Shown piece by piece: positions 1 through 8,486 of a DNA stretch of 50,513 nucleotides; the stretch's first letter is position 1; each line of letters begins with the position of its first letter. The position numbers were made by a program, and so were the translations under genes. This DNA comes from a virus. The DNA is taken from the IMG/VR virus record IMGVR_UViG_3300002098_000051, positions 1-50,513 of that record; one strand, 5' to 3'. Below the pieces are notes generated by a model. That model made no database searches, was not told where the DNA came from, and was given only the letters and a program-made list of their open reading frames with translations.

Positions 1-447
1 AGTGATTGTAGCGGTTGTAGCGGTTGTAACGGTTGTAGTGATTGTAGCGGTTGTAGCGGTTGTAACGGTTGTAGTGATTGTAGCGGTTGTAGCGATTGTA
101 GCCGTTGTAGCCGTTGTAGCCGTTGTAACGATTGTAGTGATTGTAGCCGTTGTAACGATTGTAACGGTTGTAGTGGTTGTAGCGGTTGTAACGGTTGTAG
201 TGATTGTAGCGGTTGTAACGGTTGTAGTGATTGTAGCGGTTGTAGCGATTGTAGCCGTTGTAGCCGTTGTAGCCGTTGTAGCCGTTGTAACGGTTGTAGT
301 GATTGTAGCGGTTGTAGTGGTTGTAACGGTTGTAGCCGTTGTAACGGTTGTAGTGATTGTAGCCGTTGTAGCGGTTGTAACGGTTGTAGTGATTGTAGCG
401 GTTGTAGCCGTTGTAGCCGTTGTAGCCGTTGTAACGATTGTAGCGGT
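1..447 (+). repeat. 9-bp-period tandem repeat array (TGT-AGY/AAC-GGT/GAT/CGT)n, left-edge part
   Basis: Direct reading shows about 50 consecutive 9-nt units with a recurring 36-nt higher-order unit, TGTAGCGGT TGTAGCGGT TGTAACGGT TGTAGTGAT. It is the same array as 50259..50513, and bases 1-81 equal 50433-50513. Confidence 0.97.
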
Positions 448-780
448 AAAAAAGGTGATGCTCCGGCATTCGAAGTTCCTGTCATCCCTAATATACACCA
501 GATGGTTTTTGATGCAGTTAGCAATCCTGGCGCGTTTGATATGGGATCGTGGCACAAATGCGAAACAACACACTGCAGAGCAGGGTGGGTTGTCGTATTA
601 GCAGGATCGGCTGGTAAAGAATTAGAGTCACGCACAACTACATTATTTGCAGCAATGCAAATATATCATAAGTCGTCTCCGGAAATAGAAGTAAGTCCGG
701 TTCGGTTTTACGAAACAAATGAAGTGGCAATGGAAGATATTAAACGATGCGCCGAAGCAGAGAAATTAGCAACTATTTAA
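1..780 (+). CDS. 3' part of junction-spanning gene: (Cys-X-X)n repeat protein with a ~110-aa C-terminal domain (5' part is 50127..50513)
   Basis: Frame +1 is open from base 1 to TAA at 778-780. Bases 1-447 read C-(S/N)-(G/D/R) repeats in the same frame as the ORF running off the right edge. The C-terminal domain contains WHKCETTHCRAGW. The track entry 502..780 is only the Met-started tail of this frame. Confidence 0.75.
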   Translation, partial: SDCSGCSGCNGCSDCSGCSGCNGCSDCSGCSDCSRCSRCSRCNDCSDCSRCNDCNGCSGCSGCNGCSDCSGCNGCSDCSGCSDCSRCSRCSRCSRCNGCSDCSGCSGCNGCSRCNGCSDCSRCSGCNGCSDCSGCSRCSRCSRCNDCSGKKGDAPAFEVPVIPNIHQMVFDAVSNPGAFDMGSWHKCETTHCRAGWVVVLAGSAGKELESRTTTLFAAMQIYHKSSPEIEVSPVRFYETNEVAMEDIKRCAEAEKLATI

Positions 781-794
781 TATGATTTAAAAAT

Positions 795-832
795 AAAAAT
801 CCATAGATAATAATCTGGATTTTTATTTTTTT
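795..832 (+). terminator. Rho-independent terminator after the junction-spanning gene
   Basis: AAAAATCCA (795-803) pairs with TGGATTTTT (816-824), followed by ATTTTTTT. It lies 15 nt after the stop codon. Confidence 0.7.
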
Positions 833-846
833 GGCATGATTAATGC
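832..846 (+). promoter_or_regulatory. sigma-54 (-24/-12) type promoter motif
   Basis: TGGCAT-gatta-ATGC with GG-N10-GC spacing, followed by TGTATATCA. The ATG at 871 lies 24 nt downstream. Confidence 0.6.
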
Positions 847-870
847 TGTATATCAGTAAAACCAAACAAA

Positions 871-1062
871 ATGGAAGACCAGGATCAAATCGAAGAATTA
901 ACTCTCGCCGAGATGCAGGATGCAATCGACGGCCTGCATAACGATTACGAAAAAACCATTGACAAAAAGGTAAAGAAACAACTGGCCGCGCAAATGAAAG
1001 CGTTAATGTCTGATTATAACGAGCGTGTCGGTTTTTTAGCTTACGACGAAGATAAATACTAA
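871..1062 (+). CDS. hypothetical small acidic protein (63 aa)
   Basis: ORF directly downstream of the promoter motif at 832, with an A-rich leader. No recognisable domain. Confidence 0.6.
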   Translation: MEDQDQIEELTLAEMQDAIDGLHNDYEKTIDKKVKKQLAAQMKALMSDYNERVGFLAYDEDKY

Positions 1063-1094
1063 AAAAAATACTTTTAATAAGGTAACTTTATTTT

Positions 1095-1964
1095 ATGAAA
1101 AAATTAGTGATATTATTTTCTGGTGGGAAGACATCGGCTATGATGACGAAGTTACTTATAGATAAATACAGAGGAAAAAGGGAAATAATAATAATATTTA
1201 ATAATACTGGCAAAGAAAAAGAAGCCACACTCGAGTTTGTAAAAAAATGTGATGAAGAGTGGCATTTAGGCGTTATATGGCTAGAGTCTATTCAACATCA
1301 CGGAGAAAGAAAAAGTGCCAGTTATAGGGTTGTCGATTTTATAACCGCAAGTCGAAACGGCGAACCGTTTGAAGATATGATAAAAAAACACGGAATACCG
1401 AATTCATCTTTCAAACATTGTAGTAGAGAATTAAAAACAAACCCTACAGTTAATTATTTAAAAGATCACCGACTCGATGAATCCGAGGTGGCTATCGGAA
1501 TAAGAATAGACGAACCTTCGCGCTTAATAAAGAACGCAAATTACAAATTTGCGATATATCCATTAGCTACAGAATGGAAAATAAATTCAGCTATGGTTCA
1601 GGGATGGTGGGCCGGACAAAACTTCAGTTTAAATTTAAAAAACTGGGAAGGTAACTGCGATATGTGCTGGAAGAAATCGAAGAGAAAACATTTGACATTA
1701 CTTCTAGATAATCCAGGTATTGCGCAATGGTGGAATGAAATGGAGATAAAGTATGGAAATTTTATCCCACCTACTCAGTCTGGCGGAAGGATTGCGCCTA
1801 TTACTTTTTTTAGAAAACACGAAAGCGTTCAGGATTTATTAGAAGACAGCAAACTGCCGTTTGATAAAATTAACGAATCTGCAATCCAGCTACACTTATT
1901 AATGTTTTTTGATCCAGAGCTAGATTCAACTGACGGCTGCGAAGAAAGTTGCGACGCAGTTTAA
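1095..1964 (+). CDS. PP-loop ATPase / PAPS-reductase-family protein
   Basis: N-terminal VILFSGGKTSAMM matches the SGGxDS PP-loop. Also has conserved-looking CSRELK and IGIRIDE..R motifs and a C-terminal Cys pair (GNCDMCW). Visibly more AT-rich than its neighbours. Confidence 0.6.
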   Translation: MKKLVILFSGGKTSAMMTKLLIDKYRGKREIIIIFNNTGKEKEATLEFVKKCDEEWHLGVIWLESIQHHGERKSASYRVVDFITASRNGEPFEDMIKKHGIPNSSFKHCSRELKTNPTVNYLKDHRLDESEVAIGIRIDEPSRLIKNANYKFAIYPLATEWKINSAMVQGWWAGQNFSLNLKNWEGNCDMCWKKSKRKHLTLLLDNPGIAQWWNEMEIKYGNFIPPTQSGGRIAPITFFRKHESVQDLLEDSKLPFDKINESAIQLHLLMFFDPELDSTDGCEESCDAV

Positions 1965-4183
1965 AAAGGTACATCATCTTCCCCTTCTTTACGATCCGGC
2001 TCCGTGTAATTTACTGGGGCCGGATTATTTAGTTTGTCCCCTGGCGTTAACTTTTCTACATAGTAGACGCTCTTCTTTGGCACGCCTTCCACACGTACCG
2101 AATGTGGCTTGAACCCCAAACTTTGCAACTCCTGCCCTATACGGTTCGGACTTAGCTTTAAACCGGTTAGCCGATCCAGTTCCACCTTAACGTCCGTGGC
2201 CGTCATTTGCTCGGCAAACTTAAATCGCTCCGGAGGGGCTGGCCGGAAATATTTGCTTATAAGCTCGTATTCATTTGTATAGCTAATATTATCCTCTGTA
2301 TTAAGAGCGAGCTCCGCGATGTCTTGCTTAGTCAACCGCCAATTATAACCGGCCTTATACAAATGATACGCAGCCATTATTACCTCTGTTTTATCTATTG
2401 TATTGTATGTAGCGTGATCGAACCCGTCGGTGGTTACCGGCAATAGTCTGGTGTTTCCGGTAGGATCATTAATGAGTTTTTTATCATTAGCTGTACCGCA
2501 TAGCACCGCCAACCGGTCGAGGTCGACATTGTTGCGCCCGTATGGTTCGCGGAGCGTGAAAACTTGTTTAGATAAAAGCTCCTTTAGACGCTTTTCGTCT
2601 TTTTTACTTTTGCCACCCATTTCGTCGTCCATGATGACGAGCTTTTGCGTCATAAGTATATCATCATCCTTACCGGCATCCAATTTGCTTTCCGCGTAGT
2701 ACGGCTGAAGTTCTTTAGGAAACAACCGGCGAAAGAATTCCGTCTTGCCTATGTTTTGCTTCTCGGATACAAACACCAACAACAAACGGCTGTGCTCGCC
2801 GAACGCCGAAGCGATCACGCCGACCAGCCATTTGGTTCCGAACTTGCGTAAATAATCGGGATTGTCTGTTTTGATCGTATTCCAAAGGTCGCCGATTGCG
2901 CCAGGGTTGTCCACCGCTACATTATCCCTGAAGTATTCATGCAAAGGATTGTAAGTAGGAGTAAAATCGCTGTTTATGATCTTGTCGAGCAATGGGTAAT
3001 CCAGCTTCTCGAAAATCTTTTTAGCGGTTACATAGATAGTATTAAAGTCTTTTTGTTGCAACGGTTTGCCATTGCTTTCAATGTAGCGGGTGATACTATT
3101 GCGCCGGAGAACGTAGTTGTGTTTCAGCCATTGCTCGACAGCGCCGACCATCGAATCGTCTGTATCTATTACGATATGATTATCAAAAACCTGATTAACT
3201 ATGTCCGTACTTTCGGACGCCGGTATTCCTTCGAATTGCTCCAGGTTTTTGATCGTGTCGGCTTTAGTGCGGCCACCTATTTGGGCCGTGCTTGCTGCCG
3301 AGGCTATTATTTGTGTTTGCTTAGAGTATAGCGGTATTCCGGCCAGTTTAATGTAATAGTAAAGCGTGGAAATAGTTATGCCGGTATTTTTGGCCCTTAC
3401 GCAGTACGTGTACTGTTTATCCGTACTGGCCCTGCTGTACTTTGCCGAGAATTGAGAAATAGCGTGATAGTATTCGCGCCCTTCTTCTGAAAACTTTTCC
3501 GCCAATGCAAAACCGCAACGAAGCCAGATCGGATAGCTTTCGCAAATATTCAAACCGCGATTAACTATTTCGTTAATAAGGTTTTCGAAATCCCCTGGCG
3601 CGTAAACTACTTTGTCTATTTTGGTTGGCGCTTTCTTTTTAGGATAGTGCGCAAACTTTGTGGACTTTTCGTTTATGTATAAACTCGGATCAAAAGAAAC
3701 ATACCTGGCCCGACTAACGTCTCGGCACGATGAGTCTACTATTATATCATAAGTTGTGTAAAGGTATTCCTGTAGCCCGTCAAACGCATCGGAGTGCCGC
3801 GCTGGGTCGATCTTAAACAATACCGCCAGGCCCGTGCCGCTAATACTTGTATAGGCCGCGTAAACGTGTTTGTCTATACATATCCGCGACTTCGTTTCCT
3901 CTGGATCGACGTCGTCTATATCTATACAGATAAGACCGGAGTGGGTTACTAAACCTTTTATATTTCTTTCTGAAAATTTACCGGATATAGTAACATAAGG
4001 GAGCTTCCCTTTTATTTTATGCCGCTCGGTTTTGTCGGTTGTTTTAGATAATGCAACACGTACCGGTAGTGCGATGTCTTGCCACTTGCCGTTACGGATA
4101 CAATCGAGAAAGAGATCGACGTTAATGTCTTTCCCGCCTGTTGTTTCCTTAATATTCGAGAATAAAGATATAACTGATTGCAT
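1961..4183 (-). CDS. DNA primase/helicase (N-terminal primase-like domain plus VirE/D5-like P-loop NTPase)
   Basis: Has Walker A (EKQNIGKTEFF) and Walker B (KLVIMDDEMGG). The N-terminal region has an acidic ICIDIDDVD motif, as in BT4734-like primase domains of Bacteroidota elements (recalled from memory). 740 aa. Confidence 0.72.
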   Translation of the reverse strand: MQSVISLFSNIKETTGGKDINVDLFLDCIRNGKWQDIALPVRVALSKTTDKTERHKIKGKLPYVTISGKFSERNIKGLVTHSGLICIDIDDVDPEETKSRICIDKHVYAAYTSISGTGLAVLFKIDPARHSDAFDGLQEYLYTTYDIIVDSSCRDVSRARYVSFDPSLYINEKSTKFAHYPKKKAPTKIDKVVYAPGDFENLINEIVNRGLNICESYPIWLRCGFALAEKFSEEGREYYHAISQFSAKYSRASTDKQYTYCVRAKNTGITISTLYYYIKLAGIPLYSKQTQIIASAASTAQIGGRTKADTIKNLEQFEGIPASESTDIVNQVFDNHIVIDTDDSMVGAVEQWLKHNYVLRRNSITRYIESNGKPLQQKDFNTIYVTAKKIFEKLDYPLLDKIINSDFTPTYNPLHEYFRDNVAVDNPGAIGDLWNTIKTDNPDYLRKFGTKWLVGVIASAFGEHSRLLLVFVSEKQNIGKTEFFRRLFPKELQPYYAESKLDAGKDDDILMTQKLVIMDDEMGGKSKKDEKRLKELLSKQVFTLREPYGRNNVDLDRLAVLCGTANDKKLINDPTGNTRLLPVTTDGFDHATYNTIDKTEVIMAAYHLYKAGYNWRLTKQDIAELALNTEDNISYTNEYELISKYFRPAPPERFKFAEQMTATDVKVELDRLTGLKLSPNRIGQELQSLGFKPHSVRVEGVPKKSVYYVEKLTPGDKLNNPAPVNYTEPDRKEGEDDVPF

Positions 4184-4399
4184 TTAATTTATCAAGGTAT
4201 AGTCGTTAGAAGATAAATGTGTTGCCACATTTTTTGAGGTGATCCATACTTCGAAGCCATTGGCGTCGGGTGTATTGATCGGCACGTCTAAAGTTTCTAC
4301 AACCGAATTGTGCCTGAAACCGTGTACCTCCTCTAACCACGCTTTATTTTGATAACAGTTGATCCTTACCCTGCGAGGGTTTGTCTTATTGGTTGCCAT
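4184..4399 (-). CDS. hypothetical protein (71 aa)
   Basis: The ORF abuts the primase start (4183/4184) in the same operon. No domain recognised. Confidence 0.5.
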   Translation of the reverse strand: MATNKTNPRRVRINCYQNKAWLEEVHGFRHNSVVETLDVPINTPDANGFEVWITSKNVATHLSSNDYTLIN

Positions 4400-4433
4400 T
4401 TTTTGCTCTTAATTAAACTAAGTTACAAATTTA

Positions 4434-4628
4434 TTATTCCACTTCATAGCCCAACTCACGCAGCAGCGCTCTTGCTTCGTTTACGGCTTCTTCTGCCGCG
4501 TTCGATGAGTTATGTTGTGTACTGTAACAATTTGCCATAATGCCGCCCAGGGCCGCACACGATGCGGTAAATAACATTTCCTGATATTTATCACTTTTTA
4601 TTTTATTTTTCTCTGCATTTTTGCCCAT
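4434..4628 (-). CDS. hypothetical protein (64 aa; start may be the internal Met at 4577)
   Basis: ORF in operon context. The N-terminus overlaps the upstream ORF by 31 nt. Confidence 0.4.
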   Translation of the reverse strand: MGKNAEKNKIKSDKYQEMLFTASCAALGGIMANCYSTQHNSSNAAEEAVNEARALLRELGYEVE

Positions 4629-4792
4629 AACATCATTCCATTTTTAAAATCATCATAAGTCGTCGTGTCGAGAGAATTTCTTAAAAAACGATACGGATGA
4701 TAAGACCTAAATATATTCTGTTTTATCAAAAGCCATTCTGTTATTCCTTTTTCTTTTATAAATAATTTAAGATAATAAAACGGAGGTATCAT
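4598..4792 (-). CDS. hypothetical protein (64 aa)
   Basis: ATGA start/stop overlap with the upstream methyltransferase gene (4789-4792) suggests translational coupling. Confidence 0.45.
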   Translation of the reverse strand: MIPPFYYLKLFIKEKGITEWLLIKQNIFRSYHPYRFLRNSLDTTTYDDFKNGMMLWAKMQRKIK

Positions 4793-5679
4793 TTTTTAAA
4801 GATTAAAACATTTTGGTGAACTTTTACTAATTTACCTGATTTGAAAGTTTTACCGACACGCAACATTGCCGTGCCGATTGCGTTTAATAAAATAGCCTCG
4901 TTATAAAATGCCATCCCGACGGATCGGAACGCCTTGATTGTATCTGGTACAAACCCAATATATCCTCCGTCCTTGCCGCGCACCTCGCCTACAACAAAAA
5001 CTGCATAGCCCCCTGGCTTTAATAGATCGCACGCGCGTTTAATTATTGATCGGTAAGCGATCATAAACTCTGGATATTTCATGTTGCTAATATCGCCAGA
5101 TATTTCACTATACACCTCTAAGTCGGCGTAAGGTGGACAACTAAAAACCATATCATATTCTTCAAGGAAAAGGTCTTCTAAAACCAGGTTACTATCGCCG
5201 ACAATCCAGTTTGGTAAATTGTTAGGTACGATCACGTGAGCTTGCTCGTAGTTTGAGTCTATCTGCTCTTGTCTTATATCTATACCAGTGTATTTATACC
5301 CTAAATAGTTAGCAACTATTCCTCTGACGCTTCCTCCGGCGAAGGGATCAATAATAGAACCACCCTCTGGGCAAAACCAACGGTAAAGAACTTCGGTAAG
5401 CGCTGGGTCGAAGATAGATGTTTCGCTCATTGTTCCTTCGCGTTTTTTACCATACCGCTCGTCCTTAAAGAAATTAGTGGTATCATATACAACTGCATCT
5501 CGGCCCACCTCGCTCTTAATGCCTAACGTCCCCCACAAACGTTTACGCGCCTGCCACGATCCGCTTTTCGTATCAAGCACTGAAAATGGTGGCTCTATAA
5601 ATTTATCGCGAAGCAATTCATTCTCCTGAATTGGTTCGCCAAATATATCAATTCTCGATACTTTCTGGCTCTCTGACAT
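4789..5679 (-). CDS. SAM-dependent amino-methyltransferase (N6-A/N4-C type), paralog A
   Basis: Motif I (IDPFAGGSVRG) lies about 65 aa upstream of motif IV, which here reads SCPPYADLEVY (usual form is (D/N/S)PPY). Close paralog of 7312..8187. Confidence 0.72.
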   Translation of the reverse strand: MSESQKVSRIDIFGEPIQENELLRDKFIEPPFSVLDTKSGSWQARKRLWGTLGIKSEVGRDAVVYDTTNFFKDERYGKKREGTMSETSIFDPALTEVLYRWFCPEGGSIIDPFAGGSVRGIVANYLGYKYTGIDIRQEQIDSNYEQAHVIVPNNLPNWIVGDSNLVLEDLFLEEYDMVFSCPPYADLEVYSEISGDISNMKYPEFMIAYRSIIKRACDLLKPGGYAVFVVGEVRGKDGGYIGFVPDTIKAFRSVGMAFYNEAILLNAIGTAMLRVGKTFKSGKLVKVHQNVLIFKK

Positions 5680-7315
5680 TAAATCCTAATTTAATTAGTT
5701 CCTCTTTAATTTTATCGCGACACATTTTCTTATACCATCCGTTATTTCTTTTTCCCTTTAATTTACACCATTCCCGCACCTTGTCGTATGCGTTGGCGAA
5801 AATATTTTCAAGCTGCAACTCGTTTAACTCGTTTTCGGATATGGTATTACGGGCGTATTGAGCAATATGTTTTATCATCTCGAACATTGAAAAATACTCG
5901 GAGCGATCCTTAAAAAATGCTATTGTCTTATTTACGTCAATCCCTTTGGTTACTAAAATGAAGTCTGCCGGTACAATATCAACCTCTGCCGCCTTAATTG
6001 GAAATACAAATCCGCAAGGTATTTCGCCAAACAAATCATCGTCGACATAACCTTTACAAACCCTGGCGGCGGCATGGTTAATAAAATCGCATTCCGGACA
6101 ATCCTTAACAGGCGCGACGCCGTTGCCAGGTTTTTTAGGGTTAAAGAATATATCCTCCCAGTCGCGATCATCGCACCAATCGCCGTGAGCCATTGCATTT
6201 CCGCCGAGATCAATAATAGTGAAGTGTTCCTTAAACGTGCCGTCCGAATATAGGCAAGGCCTGCCGCCGCGCCCACACTTTTGAAGCCACAGCGTAACCG
6301 ACAGCATAGCAGAATTAACGATTACCGTTTGTATTGTAGGGTCGTCGAAACCGGTTGTGGCTATACCCACATTATTAAGGATCGCGTCCGGTGTATTGCG
6401 TAGCCATTTAAAGCAATCGGCACGCCACGAATCGTAGTCTCCTTTCCACCCGTCCGGTAACCAGGAATACTCCCCAGGCTGAGGAATATTTTCTCCATCA
6501 AGGTGGCGCGAATTAAAACCGGCCTCGATAAATTGCTGATTAACAAGTTTCGAGTGAGCTATGTTGGCGTTAAAGCAAAGAGTTTTCGTGCCGATGCTAT
6601 ATTTTATATATGCATCGATTGTGTTTTGCACTTGCTTCTTTTTGCTAAACATATCTCCCATAAATGACTCATCGAACTCTCCGTTCGTTATCTTTAAGTC
6701 ATTACGATTTATATTTTTGATCGCGTAAGTTCTATTCTGAACCAGGTAGCGGTCGCGCTTAGTTTTATTTAGCTCAATTAATTCCCTTATTTGCGGCCCA
6801 CATACTATATCCTCGAAGTGGTTCTTCATAGGGTCTTTCCGTGTTGATGCAATAGGCGTCGCGGTAAAACCGAGCAAGATAACGTCGTTAAAATATGGGA
6901 ATAGTTTTTTAAAGTTTCCTATGTGCGCCTCGTCTACTATAACCATTCCGACGTCCTTGATATACGGAGCGAAGTTTGGTTTTTTGATCCGGTTGTGCAG
7001 CGTCTCGACCATTGCAACATATACGTCGGCGAAACTTACTTCTTTAATCTTAGCCTGAACGGATGAACTGACTATCTCATACCATTTGTAAAGCGTTTTC
7101 CTGGTTTGATTTAAAAGCTCATCGCGATGCACCATTATAAAAACTCGCTTACCGCTTTTTTTGACATACCTATCAACGATTGTAGAAAATATAACAGTCT
7201 TACCGCCGCCGGTTGCAAGCTGGCAAACAATACGCTTTTTCCCTGCCGCTATTTTCTTAGCGACATTTAAACAATACCCCTCCTGATATGCCTCTAACTC
7301 GTTTACTGCGATCAT
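5648..7315 (-). CDS. SF2 DEAH-box helicase (ResIII-like) with a C-terminal Cys-rich segment
   Basis: Has motif I (QLATGGGKT), motif II (VIVDEAH), motif III (GFTATP) and motif VI (QKCGRGGR). The tail contains CPECDF...AARVCKG. Confidence 0.85.
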   Translation of the reverse strand: MIAVNELEAYQEGYCLNVAKKIAAGKKRIVCQLATGGGKTVIFSTIVDRYVKKSGKRVFIMVHRDELLNQTRKTLYKWYEIVSSSVQAKIKEVSFADVYVAMVETLHNRIKKPNFAPYIKDVGMVIVDEAHIGNFKKLFPYFNDVILLGFTATPIASTRKDPMKNHFEDIVCGPQIRELIELNKTKRDRYLVQNRTYAIKNINRNDLKITNGEFDESFMGDMFSKKKQVQNTIDAYIKYSIGTKTLCFNANIAHSKLVNQQFIEAGFNSRHLDGENIPQPGEYSWLPDGWKGDYDSWRADCFKWLRNTPDAILNNVGIATTGFDDPTIQTVIVNSAMLSVTLWLQKCGRGGRPCLYSDGTFKEHFTIIDLGGNAMAHGDWCDDRDWEDIFFNPKKPGNGVAPVKDCPECDFINHAAARVCKGYVDDDLFGEIPCGFVFPIKAAEVDIVPADFILVTKGIDVNKTIAFFKDRSEYFSMFEMIKHIAQYARNTISENELNELQLENIFANAYDKVREWCKLKGKRNNGWYKKMCRDKIKEELIKLGFNVREPESIEN

Positions 7316-8187
7316 TTTACTTTCTTAAATATCAGTACGTTTTGGTGTATCTTAACCAGCTTTTTGTTTTTCATATTTCCATTCGCGCGCATAGATGCGG
7401 AGGCTATTGCGTTAAGTAATATCGCCTCGTTATAAAATTGCATACCGGCGTCGCGGAAAGCGTCGATAGTATCAGGCACGAAGCCTATGTAATTACCATT
7501 TTTATCTCTAACCTCGCCTACTACGAATATCGCATAACCGCCGTCGTTAAGTTGGCGACATGCTTTATTTATTATTGATCGGTAAGATAAAAGAAACTCT
7601 GGATAATTCATATTACTAATATCCCCTGGTAATTCCGAATACACCTCGAGATCGGCATAAGGCGGACAGGAAAATAAAAGATCAAAAGTATCAAATATTT
7701 CATCCAGAACTTTGTCGCTATCTCCGGTTAACCAGTTCGGCAGGTTATTAGGTACGATTACGCGAGCTTGCTCGTAATTGCTTTCGATCTGTTCGGGCCG
7801 GATGTCTATGCCGGTATATTTGTAGCCCAGGTAATTGGCCACAATGCCGCGCACGCTACCTCCGGCAAAGGGGTCTAAAATAGTACCACCCTCCGGACAA
7901 AACCAATGATAAAGAACTTCTGTAAGCGCAGGGTCAAAGATGGAAGTATTCAGTTTTGTGCTTTCTTTATCATTATACTCCTCTTTGTTAGTATAACTCG
8001 ACGTTCCCATCGAAAAGAGTTTACAATCCCTGCCCACCTCTGATTTGATCCCCAGAAGGCTCCACATCTTTTTGCGCTTTTGCCACGATCCGGTTTTCGT
8101 ATCTAAAATAGAGAACGGCGGTTCGATAAATTTATCCCTCAGGAGTTCGTTTTCCTCGATCTCCTGGCCCCATAAGTCTAAAGCCAT
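7312..8187 (-). CDS. SAM-dependent amino-methyltransferase (N6-A/N4-C type), paralog B
   Basis: Has LDPFAGGSVRG and SCPPYADLEVY. Collinear with 4789..5679 except for one ~27-aa divergent segment and the C-terminal ~20 aa. ATGA overlap with the helicase start. Confidence 0.72.
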   Translation of the reverse strand: MALDLWGQEIEENELLRDKFIEPPFSILDTKTGSWQKRKKMWSLLGIKSEVGRDCKLFSMGTSSYTNKEEYNDKESTKLNTSIFDPALTEVLYHWFCPEGGTILDPFAGGSVRGIVANYLGYKYTGIDIRPEQIESNYEQARVIVPNNLPNWLTGDSDKVLDEIFDTFDLLFSCPPYADLEVYSELPGDISNMNYPEFLLSYRSIINKACRQLNDGGYAIFVVGEVRDKNGNYIGFVPDTIDAFRDAGMQFYNEAILLNAIASASMRANGNMKNKKLVKIHQNVLIFKKVK

Positions 8188-8188
8188 A

Positions 8189-8455
8189 TTAAGAAGTATA
8201 TTCTACCTGTAAACGTTGAAAGGTTGGGCGAGTATGTTTTGTCGGATAGTGCCCTTTTGCCTCCCTTTGTTCTACTATCGATTTAACAGCGTAGGACGCG
8301 CCGCCGATGCCGGTTATAACCGATCCGACTATTTTAGGCGTTTCGTTTCGCTGTACGATAACATCGATAGTACCTTTTTTCATTCCTGATTGAGTTCCGT
8401 CCGGTACAAAGTTGCTGCGGAGTTCTTCGGCCCTCCAGTTGATTACTTCTGCCAT
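8189..8455 (-). CDS. hypothetical protein (88 aa)
   Basis: ORF in operon context, 1 nt upstream of the methyltransferase B start. Confidence 0.5.
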   Translation of the reverse strand: MAEVINWRAEELRSNFVPDGTQSGMKKGTIDVIVQRNETPKIVGSVITGIGGASYAVKSIVEQREAKGHYPTKHTRPTFQRLQVEYTS

Positions 8456-8486
8456 TTTTTTTTGTTTATTTATTGTGATTAAAAAA

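Noticed and set aside
1-447. Possible CRISPR array or collagen-like (Gly-X-Y) coding repeat
   Set aside because: It is not a CRISPR array: the period is 9 bp with no unique spacers. It is not collagen-like either: the Gly position is replaced by Asp or Arg in roughly a quarter to a third of units, so a triple helix is not supported.
2-601. 199-aa ORF reading (V/A/I/T)n through the tandem repeat
   Set aside because: This is the +2 frame of the 9-bp repeat. It has a GTG start at the window edge and no promoter. Frame +1 (Cys-X-X) is the one continuous with the ATG-started ORF at 50127 and with the non-repetitive C-terminal domain ending at 780.
5953-6546. Nested minus-strand ORFs (107 aa, 61 aa) inside the helicase gene
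   Set aside because: These are alternative frames of a gene with all SF2 motifs in the main frame.
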